Positions 17,662 through 25,996 of a DNA stretch of 25,996 nucleotides are shown here, in pieces. Within the stretch, counting starts at the first letter, position 1; each line of letters begins with the position of its first letter. A model generated the notes under the pieces. The model did no database searches and was not told the origin of the DNA. It saw only the letters and a list, made by a program, of their open reading frames with translations. The position numbers and the translations under genes were made by a program. Source of the DNA: a virus (lineage: Duplodnaviria; Caudoviricetes); the IMG/VR virus record IMGVR_UViG_3300025738_000011, positions 1 through 25,996 of that record; one strand, 5' to 3'.

Positions 17662-17669
17662 AATAAATA
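17662..17669 (+). promoter_or_regulatory. T4-late-like promoter motif AATAAATA
   Basis: Immediately after the terminator T-run, 37 nt before ATG 17707. Confidence 0.45.
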
Positions 17670-17706
17670 AATGTATATCAAACATATTTTTTCAGAGGAA
17701 ATGAAA

Positions 17707-18114
17707 ATGAATTTAGCACAGCAAATAATGAACAAATACAAAACCCAACGGTTTCCGTTATATTTCGAAGAAATGGACTTCACGATTTATGTTCAAGGCT
17801 TAAACGTGGGGGATCTACAGCGGATTGAGAAAGTAGCTCAAGCAAAGCAAGCACTTCAAATATTCTTATATTGCGCTTTTGATGACGATGGAAAATCAGT
17901 TGCTTCAAATGAAGAAGATGTTCAAGGCTTACCAGAGCTAGTTGTGGGTTTAGTGTCCGCCGTAGCACAACAAATGACGCAAGGTGCTGGTCATGATACG
18001 TGTCATAAAGTTGTAGAACATTATCTTAACTCAGTGAACATCACCGATGATAAAGACGTAGAAGCGCTAGAAGCCGACATTATCGAAGAGACACCTACAG
18101 TAAAAAAAGGATAA
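17707..18114 (+). CDS. Tail assembly chaperone (lambda gpG analogue)
   Basis: Between tube and tape measure, ending at a slippery A7 run. GAGG RBS favours ATG 17707. Confidence 0.8.
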   Translation: MNLAQQIMNKYKTQRFPLYFEEMDFTIYVQGLNVGDLQRIEKVAQAKQALQIFLYCAFDDDGKSVASNEEDVQGLPELVVGLVSAVAQQMTQGAGHDTCHKVVEHYLNSVNITDDKDVEALEADIIEETPTVKKG

Positions 18115-18470
18115 GGGATTTTTACATTGATCCCCAAAAGCGCCTTAAATTCCGTATAGCTCGCTCTCTAAATAAAACCATTCAAGAAATAGATTCTATG
18201 TCAGTTGATGAATATCGCGACTGGGAAGCATTTTTCTATTTGGAACCTGACGACGCAGTAACTCAAGCCCTCTATTTTGGAAATCTTAATGCTGCCATCT
18301 ATAACCAAAATGTAGATAGAAAGCAAAAGCCCGAAGGTTTTAGTCCTGATGATTTTTACCCCTTGTTGAAGAACGAATTACCAGTTCAATTCATGAATGA
18401 TGAAGAACTCAAAGCACATGAAGAACAAGAGCAGAAACACGGTGAAGAAATCTTCAACTCTGTTTTTTAA
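18108..18470 (+). CDS. -1 frameshift extension of tail chaperone (gpGT analogue)
   Basis: GTA AAA AAA GGA TAA at 18100-18114. The -1 frame is open from the slip site: RIRDFYIDPQKRLKFRIARSLNKTIQEIDSMSVDEYRDW. Confidence 0.85.
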   Translation, partial: RIRDFYIDPQKRLKFRIARSLNKTIQEIDSMSVDEYRDWEAFFYLEPDDAVTQALYFGNLNAAIYNQNVDRKQKPEGFSPDDFYPLLKNELPVQFMNDEELKAHEEQEQKHGEEIFNSVF

Positions 18471-18513
18471 ATACGTTCAGCTTACCTAAGAACAATTAAA
18501 CACCAATCCATAT

Positions 18514-18548
18514 AAGCCTACTCACTTTTAAGTCAGTGGGCTTTTTTT
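18514..18548 (+). terminator. Intrinsic terminator-like hairpin before tape measure gene
   Basis: Stem aagcctact/agtgggctt followed by a T run. Confidence 0.7.
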
Positions 18549-18575
18549 ACGTCCATAATAAAAAGGAATTTAGAA

Positions 18576-21566
18576 ATGGCAAAGAGAATAAGAGCCGCAT
18601 CGATATCCGTTGATTTAACGGCAAATAGTGCCAAGTTTAGTGAAGCACTAGACCGCGCACAAAGAAAATCAGCTACTAGTAGCTCAGCAATAATTCGCAA
18701 TTTAGGCGCATTAGAATCATTCAGCAAACGGTTCGAAAATACGGTTTCTAAGCACATAAACAAACCATTCAAAGCATTTAGCAAAGCGACCGCACCATTT
18801 CGCATTGGATTACGTCAAATAAAAGCTAGTGTACAAAACGTATTACGACCATTTAAAAAGCTTGGTGCTTATGTCGCTAAGCCATTCGTAAAAGCATTCA
18901 ACGCAGCTCGTCGCGCAGTAATGAAACTATCTAAGCCACTAAAGGTTTTATCTGGTGGTGTAGCCGCTGGTGTCGCTTTATTCAGCGCATTAGTCATTGG
19001 TTCCAGTAAAGCAGCATTAGAGATTGATCGATTATCTAAGATACTAGGGATTAGTTACAAAGATCTAAATCAACTGAGTTTTGTTGCTATCGAAACGGGT
19101 TTGAACGTTGAGCAATTAGCCGATTCTATGAAGGACTTGACCGCTAAAGCACAAGACGCATCATTTGCTGGTGGTGGAGCATTAGAGCCGTTTTTCAAAG
19201 GTATCAACGAATCAAAAGATGCTTGGGATAATTTCTCACCGGTTGAACAACTAGCCAAGTTTTCTGATGTACTTTCAACTATGAACAGCAACGAGCAGTT
19301 GTATTGGGCGGATGAAATATCAGGTTCAATGGCTGAGTTAACGCCGCTGTTAGCCAAAGGCGGTGATTATATTCGAGCTATGGCTAAAGAATCTGAAAAC
19401 TTTGGTGGTGCTTTTAATAACGTTGATGGGCTTAAATCACTCGAGACAGTATTGAAGCGCATCAAGTTCAGCGCTCGTAATATTTTCAGTGGTATTGGAA
19501 ACTCATTAGCACCATCTATTGAGTCGATGTTTCAGCGAATTATTTCATCTTTCCAAGAGAGAATGAAAACGCTAGGGAATGGCAATGTTGGGAATGGATT
19601 CGTTAAGTTTGCGGAGAATTCGGCTAAGTCGATTTTGATTGGAACAGGCAAGATATTAGATTCAATTCAATCACTTTCTGAGACTTTAAAGTTCGCTTTC
19701 AATGAAATAATTGTTGTAGCTAATAAGCTAAAAAAGAATCCAATTCTACTAGGGTCAAGCGCTGAAGTAGACTCTATAGAAAAGCGCTTATATGAAGCCA
19801 AAGTCAGTGAATTAAAAGCGGCAGATTCGCGCGTTAAACTTCAAAAACAAATCGAACAAAAAGAGAAATCGTTACTTAAACTCAAGAAACAGAACACAAT
19901 TACCAAGGTAGGCTCAGCATTTGGTGGAACATATAAAACTATCAATCCTGAAGTTTCTAGCGAGGTCGCCGAATTTGAATCTGAAATTCAGAAACTACGT
20001 CAAGCTCAGCGTAAAAGTTTATCTACTTCTACAGAATATAATGATCTTCAAAAGAAACGAAATGAACTAGTTGAACGCTCTAATGCCAATTACATCAAGC
20101 AAGATATAGGTAGAAATCCAACAGACAAGTTAAGCACAAGATACGGATTAGATAGCGCCTCAGTTAATGAGAACTTTAAATCTTTTAATGCGCCAACTGC
20201 TTCAAAATCGCTAGTCAGCCCAAGAACAGATATTAACAACACATTCCGCTCAGCGACTAATATAGATGGTTTATCGGCTCTAGGTGTAGAACAACGGCTA
20301 GAAAAGTTCCAAGAGCTACTACTACAGAAACAAAGTTTTGCTTTAACAACGGAAGAGAAAATAGCTGAAACTGCTCTCAAGTTCGCCGAAGAAAAGCAAC
20401 TAATAGAAGCTGGTATTGCTCAACAAATATCATCACTAAAACTCACCTTAACGAATGAATCAACGGCTGTTCAACGCAAAGCTGTTAATGACGAGATCGC
20501 TATTATTCGTGAAAAGGAAAGTGTCGCTCTATCCGCTATTGAACGTCAGAGAGCTAATGAAATTCAAGCACTCAAAGCAAGCAGTGAACAAAAGGCTTTA
20601 ATAGAGCAAAGTTTCATGACAAAACTTCGAACATTTAAGGTGAAAACGGGTGAATTAGAAGTAAGCGAGCGTATAAGTTTAATTGAAAGCGAGCATCTAG
20701 AGTTAAGCACTATCTACGACGGACAGCTGAAATTTATTGCTGATACGTATGGGGCTGAGACTGACATGTATAAAAGTATGCTCACATCAAAACGAAAAGC
20801 ACTCGACGACTTCAACACCTACAACAGAGAACAACGTTTATCTGATAGCGAGCAAGACATAGTTCAAAGCGATGGTTCATTAGAGCGCTTATATACGCAT
20901 TTTGAAGACCGTTTAAGTGCTGAGGCAGATTACAAATTAGGTGTTAGTGAGTTACGTCTTAGTGACCTAGAAAACGCTTCAATGGCAAAGGAACAAGAAG
21001 CGTTAAAAGGGGCTGAAACCGAAGAACAAAAAACGACCATTGAAAAAGAGTTCGGTGATAAACGTAAAGCCAATACGCTAAAGCTTGGTAGTGATTTATT
21101 AGCTGAAGGCGCTAAGAATAGTAAGACTCTATTTAATGCTAACAAGGCATTGAATATCGGTAATGCGATAATGGACACTGCTAGTGGCGCTACTAAAGCA
21201 TATGCTCAATTTGGTTGGCCTTTCGGAGCTGTTGCGGCTGGATTAGTTATTGCGAGCGGTGCGGTTCAGATATCTAAAATAAAATCTCAAAAGTTCTCAG
21301 GAAAAGCACATAAAGGTCAAACCGAAATAGATGGCACTGGTGATCAGTCGTGGATACTACAGGGCGGTGAGCGTGTAGTATCTAGAGAACAAAATGTGGA
21401 TTTAAAGCGTTACTTACAAAAAGCCAATACAACCACCAACAATAACGGCGGTTCTACTGAGGTGTATTTGAATAATACGATCAATAGTTCACTAGATACG
21501 GACGCAATATTCATGGCTATGGAAGACAACCCAAATCGCATTCGTAAGATGCTAGATAATCTCTAA
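18576..21566 (+). CDS. Tail tape measure protein
   Basis: 996 aa and helical. N-terminal ISVDLTANSAKF, C-terminal GWPFGAVAAGL, AHKG, LQGGERVV. Follows the chaperones. Confidence 0.93.
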   Translation: MAKRIRAASISVDLTANSAKFSEALDRAQRKSATSSSAIIRNLGALESFSKRFENTVSKHINKPFKAFSKATAPFRIGLRQIKASVQNVLRPFKKLGAYVAKPFVKAFNAARRAVMKLSKPLKVLSGGVAAGVALFSALVIGSSKAALEIDRLSKILGISYKDLNQLSFVAIETGLNVEQLADSMKDLTAKAQDASFAGGGALEPFFKGINESKDAWDNFSPVEQLAKFSDVLSTMNSNEQLYWADEISGSMAELTPLLAKGGDYIRAMAKESENFGGAFNNVDGLKSLETVLKRIKFSARNIFSGIGNSLAPSIESMFQRIISSFQERMKTLGNGNVGNGFVKFAENSAKSILIGTGKILDSIQSLSETLKFAFNEIIVVANKLKKNPILLGSSAEVDSIEKRLYEAKVSELKAADSRVKLQKQIEQKEKSLLKLKKQNTITKVGSAFGGTYKTINPEVSSEVAEFESEIQKLRQAQRKSLSTSTEYNDLQKKRNELVERSNANYIKQDIGRNPTDKLSTRYGLDSASVNENFKSFNAPTASKSLVSPRTDINNTFRSATNIDGLSALGVEQRLEKFQELLLQKQSFALTTEEKIAETALKFAEEKQLIEAGIAQQISSLKLTLTNESTAVQRKAVNDEIAIIREKESVALSAIERQRANEIQALKASSEQKALIEQSFMTKLRTFKVKTGELEVSERISLIESEHLELSTIYDGQLKFIADTYGAETDMYKSMLTSKRKALDDFNTYNREQRLSDSEQDIVQSDGSLERLYTHFEDRLSAEADYKLGVSELRLSDLENASMAKEQEALKGAETEEQKTTIEKEFGDKRKANTLKLGSDLLAEGAKNSKTLFNANKALNIGNAIMDTASGATKAYAQFGWPFGAVAAGLVIASGAVQISKIKSQKFSGKAHKGQTEIDGTGDQSWILQGGERVVSREQNVDLKRYLQKANTTTNNNGGSTEVYLNNTINSSLDTDAIFMAMEDNPNRIRKMLDNL

Positions 21567-21583
21567 TTCACCTAATTACAATA

Positions 21584-21617
21584 AGGCCATTCAATGAATT
21601 ATTGAATGGTTTTTTTT
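21584..21617 (+). terminator. Intrinsic terminator after tape measure gene
   Basis: Stem gccattcaat/attgaatggt followed by a T run. Confidence 0.8.
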
Positions 21618-21625
21618 ATAAATAC
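21617..21625 (+). promoter_or_regulatory. T4-late-like promoter motif TATAAATAC
   Basis: Exact TATAAATA fused to the terminator T-run, 30 nt before GTG 21655. Confidence 0.55.
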
Positions 21626-21654
21626 GTTATCAGAGGAAAACGAGATTATAAAAA

Positions 21655-22233
21655 GTGAAAACAATTCCAACCAATCCAAAGCTATTCATTAGTGATTTCA
21701 ATTTAGTATCAAAGAAGCCTGTCTATAAAAACAGAACCAACACGGGAAAATCATTAGTCATTTCTCAACAATATCAGCTATACACTGGTGAGATAGAGCT
21801 AACCGCATCTGGCAATCAAAATGTTAAGACATTAGCCGCGTTCGTGGAATCATTAGACGGTGGTGTAGAACCATTCATTGTTAAATTGCCGACCTTCAAA
21901 TCCCTTAACGCATTAAGCGGATTACCAACACTCAACGAAGCATATCTAGTTAATACTACTGAAATAAAAATAGATAACTTTACTGGCGAATTGGTCGCTG
22001 GTGATTACTTCAACATTGCTAATGACACAAAGCTATACATGGTTACTAGTGGTGGTATTGCTGGTGATACATTTCAGATAAGCCCATCCCTACGAAAAGC
22101 ACAACCACAAGGCACAAGAATTAGTTTCGAAGCTCAATTATTAGCACGTATTGACAATGACGATTACAAAGTACAGCCCAGAAAAACGACTGATAATTTA
22201 CGGTTAACGATTAAATTCACGGAGGATTTATAA
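21655..22233 (+). CDS. Distal tail protein (putative)
   Basis: First gene after the tape measure. LVAGDYF...KLYMV, ISPSLR beta-rich pattern. Start codon uncertain. Confidence 0.7.
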   Translation: MKTIPTNPKLFISDFNLVSKKPVYKNRTNTGKSLVISQQYQLYTGEIELTASGNQNVKTLAAFVESLDGGVEPFIVKLPTFKSLNALSGLPTLNEAYLVNTTEIKIDNFTGELVAGDYFNIANDTKLYMVTSGGIAGDTFQISPSLRKAQPQGTRISFEAQLLARIDNDDYKVQPRKTTDNLRLTIKFTEDL

Positions 22234-22940
22234 TGGGTCATAAGAGTAAAGGAAAATCTAGAAATTGGAAGATATTACACAACGCTAGAAATCTTGAATG
22301 GGCAATATCAGCCTATGAAAAAGCGACTTCAGCGCCTAAAGGGTCGATACGGGAATTAGCACCAGAGCAATTACTTCAAGTAATAGGATTACCAGTGCCG
22401 TTACTGACATTTGAGTTCCCACAATTACCAACACTTCACATTACTACTTGGCATAGCGATTTAACCGCTAATGGTCACTTGTTTAGATCATCGGCAGATT
22501 TAGAAAAAGGTTCAGCGATAAAATCCACTACTGATATCAATCGTGATGGTTCTAGCTTCACATTAGCAGGCATCCGAGACGATATTCTAAAAATCTTAGA
22601 ACCAAATCAAGCTAAAGGAGCAAAGATAATTACTCAAGCCGCAATCATGAATCCAGATGGCGAGGTTGAATTTGTGTTGGATATCGATATAGGACTTATC
22701 AAAGACGTGACTTATACCATTGATCCCACTCGCGGACGTAAAGATATACGTTTAAAAACGGATTCTATCTATAAGCGTTTAGAAGGAATAGCAGGAACAC
22801 AGCTAATAAGTTCCAGTCAACATTTTTGGTTCGAAGGAGACACAAGTTTAGATCATATAACACCTAAAACACAAAATGATGCTTCTACAGCACAAGGCCG
22901 TTTTGGCTATAAAACATTCGGCGATGGGAGATTACGGTAA
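22233..22940 (+). CDS. Tail tip / baseplate hub protein (putative)
   Basis: Position, TAATG translational coupling, C-terminal SQHFWFEGDTSLD. Confidence 0.6.
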   Translation: MGHKSKGKSRNWKILHNARNLEWAISAYEKATSAPKGSIRELAPEQLLQVIGLPVPLLTFEFPQLPTLHITTWHSDLTANGHLFRSSADLEKGSAIKSTTDINRDGSSFTLAGIRDDILKILEPNQAKGAKIITQAAIMNPDGEVEFVLDIDIGLIKDVTYTIDPTRGRKDIRLKTDSIYKRLEGIAGTQLISSSQHFWFEGDTSLDHITPKTQNDASTAQGRFGYKTFGDGRLR

Positions 22941-23389
22941 TGGTAAATAGAGTTAATAAAAGAACGCGATTTAAACAATTAATTGATTACACCGAGACAA
23001 TGGAGCACGAGGCTTTAAAAATAGGATTTAACGACTGTAATATTATGGCACTTGAGGCAATCGATTTGATGACAGGTTCTGATTATTCATCACTTCTAAA
23101 AGGCCAATACAAGTCATATAGGAAAGGATTACGTCTTGGCAAAGAGATTCATGGCTACGCATTACTCAGTGATTTATTAAAAGATATTGCCAAAGAAATT
23201 CCTGTTAACAATTCTCACATCGGCGATATTTTAGTTCAAGATTTAACACAAGGAAAATCATACATATCATGCTGTTATGTATGTGTTGGGGCATCAACAT
23301 TTTTATCAGCAAACACGCAAACTAAACAAATTGAAGTTGTATATCTATTGAGTGCTGATCTGGAAGATCTTAAAGCATACCGATTATAA
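22940..23389 (+). CDS. NlpC/P60-like tail assembly protein (gpK-like position)
   Basis: GFNDCNIMALEAIDLMTG and IGDILV motifs. Lies directly before the gpJ-like gene. Confidence 0.7.
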   Translation: MVNRVNKRTRFKQLIDYTETMEHEALKIGFNDCNIMALEAIDLMTGSDYSSLLKGQYKSYRKGLRLGKEIHGYALLSDLLKDIAKEIPVNNSHIGDILVQDLTQGKSYISCCYVCVGASTFLSANTQTKQIEVVYLLSADLEDLKAYRL

Positions 23390-23440
23390 AGGATTATAAA
23401 TTTTGATTTGACCACTACAAAAATTATAAAGGTCAAAACA

Positions 23441-25996
23441 ATGTCATTAGAGAAAGAAAATAAGATTATATTGCCGATTGTTTACGGACAAGCAATCGTA
23501 GAAGGCTTGAAGATTTTCGAGCATTACACGTATGTTTCAAAACATGAGTCATATTGGACAATGGTTTACGTCTTAGCTGAAGGCCAAATCAACACTATAA
23601 ATCAAGTTCAATTGAACGAGATGGATCTTTTCGTGAGTGGTTCTGATTTTAAGTCTGGAACAGTTGGGTCAGATAAAATCAATTATAGTTTCCGCAATCA
23701 TGTTCAAGTCCAAGTTCACGATGGTAGTGAAGATGGTTTTCGTTTCGAGATGGTTGAACAGAACTCAGGTTCAAAATGGAAAGAAACAGCACTATTGAAA
23801 GGTCGTGCTGCTATTGCTATTAAGTGCCGTATTGAGAAAAAAAAGTCAACAATACAAGACGAGAACGTAGAACTTAGAGCTAAAATTGAAGGGAAAACAG
23901 TTGTTGATTTTAGAACTGAGAGCCTAGAGCCAACCTACAGATTCGACAATGGTGAAGTTGTCGGTAATAACCCCGCATTATGTATTATTAATTACTTAAT
24001 CGATAAGCGTTATGGCTGTGGTTATGACATCGATGAAATAGATTTCTACAGTTTTATTGAAGCGGCTAACTGGTGTGATGTAAATGAAATTCGTTGTAAT
24101 GGTGCGGTTAATCAATCTCAAAACCGTAAAGATAATATCACATTACTATTGAATTCATTTAGAGCAAAACTCACTATCACCAATGGTCAAATTAAATGCC
24201 TACTAGATACACCACAAGTATCTGAAGAAGATTTTTACCTCGACGATACCATCAACAAAATCACTATCAATCAAGAAAGTCGTAAGAAGCGATTTAATCA
24301 GTTAGAAGTCGATTATGAAACACTATCATTTACAAATACTAATGAATCAGTGCTGTACCCACCGACACTAGATGACCCGATTATTTTGGCTGATGGGCGC
24401 GTAATCAAAGAGGGCATGAAGCTACCGTTTACTAAGTCACAAGCTGAAGTAGATTTTCTAGCTAGCATGTTCGTTCGTGAGAATTTACCGTGGACTTATA
24501 TTAACTTCGAGGTAGTACAAAAAGGTTTTAGTATCGGCGTCGGTTCAGTATTTACAATCACTTTAGATGATGAAAAATGGGTGAAAAAGAAGTTCAGATG
24601 TATTAGTCATTCAAGTGATCCATTTGGCAGCAATCCAAATATTGTAAAAATTGAAGCCGTTGAATACCTAACTGAAATGTATGATGAAGAATGGAATGGT
24701 CTAATCGTCTCGAAGGCAGACCTTGAAGATGTAATTGCTCCAAAGAATCTACAATTCAGTTTCGTTGATGGGAAGTTCGGTTTAACAGGAGAGCTTAAAT
24801 GGGACAATTTAGGCTCAATATATGACTCTCAAGTCATGTATAAACTGTCAGCACAACCAGATAGTGAATTTCAATTCTACGCACAAACCGATGGCGATAA
24901 TATTTTAGTCACAGGGTTAAAAAGCGCGTTATATGATTTCTATGTTGTTAATCGAGATTTGTATAATCGCAGTAGTGTGATTACTTATTTGCGTAATGTT
25001 GATGCCAAAGACGAAACAGTTCTACCTAAAATAACTGGCCTAACTGTTAACGCTGAAACTCAGGATTTCATCTTCAATTGGGATGATATGCTTGGTGCTC
25101 AGGTCTCTTCTTCAATCGACGCTAGTTCATCGGGTGATGTAAAAGTTCAAGATGTTTTTTCTGGTTATGAAATAGAAATTATTGCTGGTGGTCAGGTTGT
25201 CGAAACGCAAACTATCTCAAGTAATCAGTTCATTTACACTTTCAGTAATAACAAAAACAATGGTCTATCACGTAACATCCAAGCTAGGGTTTCAATTGTT
25301 GCTAAAGCAGGAGCAAGAAGCGTCCCTGTAGATATACAAGCAGTTAATTTACAACAACCACAGCTTTCTGGCATAAGCGTTTATGGTGGTTTAAGTGGCG
25401 TTAGTATTAAGTTTTTACCACCTACAAATACAGACTTTAAAGGTGTATTAATTCACATGTCTAAGACTCGTGGTTTTACACCTAATTCAAGTAATATCTA
25501 TGTTGATCTGATTAATAGTAATTCATTACATGAAGTCCTAAATGATCAGAGCGAATACTTTATCCGTTTAGGAGCTTATGATGTTTTCGGTAAAGATCTA
25601 ATAAACTATAGCGCCGAATTTGTGGCATCAATGGTTGATGTAAATTCATTGCTCGAAGAAGTTAGCTCAGACCATTTATCACAAGGGTTACTTGATACTA
25701 TTACAGGAAAAGCATCTACGATTGAACTGAATAATGCTATTACTGTAGCTAATGTGGAAGCAACACAAGAAGCGCAACGTGTTCTATCTGAAGCTAATAC
25801 AAAAACGGATTTAGATATAAATGCTGCTAAAGTAGAATTGAACGAAGCAATTGCTAATGTTGAAGGTGATTTATTACCAATTAATTCAAAAATATTGAAT
25901 GTAGAAAGATCAATTGTAGATGGCGATACGGCACTAAGTTCACAAATAGCTACTGTTCAAGCTGGATCAAATACCAACGCAGCAAACATCAGCACA
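23441..25996 (+). CDS. Central tail fibre / host-specificity protein (lambda gpJ-like), 3' partial; not in ORF track
   Basis: Hand translation MSLEKENKIILPIVYGQ...VLAEGQI...NNPALCIINYL, Fn3-like APKNL segments and a coiled-coil-like end. The frame is open at both ends read and runs off the window. Confidence 0.9.
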   Translation, partial: MSLEKENKIILPIVYGQAIVEGLKIFEHYTYVSKHESYWTMVYVLAEGQINTINQVQLNEMDLFVSGSDFKSGTVGSDKINYSFRNHVQVQVHDGSEDGFRFEMVEQNSGSKWKETALLKGRAAIAIKCRIEKKKSTIQDENVELRAKIEGKTVVDFRTESLEPTYRFDNGEVVGNNPALCIINYLIDKRYGCGYDIDEIDFYSFIEAANWCDVNEIRCNGAVNQSQNRKDNITLLLNSFRAKLTITNGQIKCLLDTPQVSEEDFYLDDTINKITINQESRKKRFNQLEVDYETLSFTNTNESVLYPPTLDDPIILADGRVIKEGMKLPFTKSQAEVDFLASMFVRENLPWTYINFEVVQKGFSIGVGSVFTITLDDEKWVKKKFRCISHSSDPFGSNPNIVKIEAVEYLTEMYDEEWNGLIVSKADLEDVIAPKNLQFSFVDGKFGLTGELKWDNLGSIYDSQVMYKLSAQPDSEFQFYAQTDGDNILVTGLKSALYDFYVVNRDLYNRSSVITYLRNVDAKDETVLPKITGLTVNAETQDFIFNWDDMLGAQVSSSIDASSSGDVKVQDVFSGYEIEIIAGGQVVETQTISSNQFIYTFSNNKNNGLSRNIQARVSIVAKAGARSVPVDIQAVNLQQPQLSGISVYGGLSGVSIKFLPPTNTDFKGVLIHMSKTRGFTPNSSNIYVDLINSNSLHEVLNDQSEYFIRLGAYDVFGKDLINYSAEFVASMVDVNSLLEEVSSDHLSQGLLDTITGKASTIELNNAITVANVEATQEAQRVLSEANTKTDLDINAAKVELNEAIANVEGDLLPINSKILNVERSIVDGDTALSSQIATVQAGSNTNAANIST

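Larger units (their letters stand above)
178..25996. mobile_element. HK97-like siphophage/prophage (partial; boundaries lie outside or are not resolvable in the window)
   Basis: Canonical order HNH-TerS-TerL-portal-protease-capsid-neck-tube-chaperones-tape measure-tail tip from 8588 onward. Inclusion of 178-7940 is inferred from adjacency and the absence of housekeeping genes. No integrase or att site seen. Confidence 0.9.

Noticed and set aside
358-24807. Remaining short antisense or nested ORFs in the track (e.g. 358-639, 464-688, 1063-1248, 1289-1579, 8539-8721, 11450-11635, 19070-19357, 24607-24807)
   Set aside because: Shadow frames of well-supported longer genes with no recognisable motifs.

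Overview
AT-rich window from a tailed, non-contractile (sipho-type) phage or prophage with HK97-family head genes. The right two thirds (about 8.4 kb to the end, + strand) is a morphogenesis region: HNH packaging nuclease, probable cos, TerS, TerL, portal, prohead protease, major capsid, neck proteins, tail tube, a frameshifted tail chaperone pair, tape measure, tail-tip genes and a gpJ-like protein that runs off the window. The left part holds a MORN-variant repeat gene, a stand-alone exonuclease-less family-A-like polymerase (TV-Pol-like), a 58-aa HTH gene missed by the ORF track, and a symmetric ~330-bp inverted-repeat element with two IHF-consensus sites (candidate origin). Between these and the packaging genes is a 5-kb opposite-strand cargo block: a TIR-like protein, a PD-(D/E)xK-type nuclease, membrane proteins and broken or fused genes. 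No integrase, CI-type repressor, helicase, Q-like antiterminator or lysis gene is recognisable in the window. The most unusual signal is that the structural region is cut by several intrinsic terminators and several gene blocks are preceded, 26-37 nt before the start codon, by TATAAATA or close variants, which is the T4 gp55 late-promoter consensus. This suggests, as an untested inference, an element whose late genes are switched on by the transcription machinery of a T4-like phage or by a gp55-like factor. All assignments come from reading motifs by eye; no searches were run.
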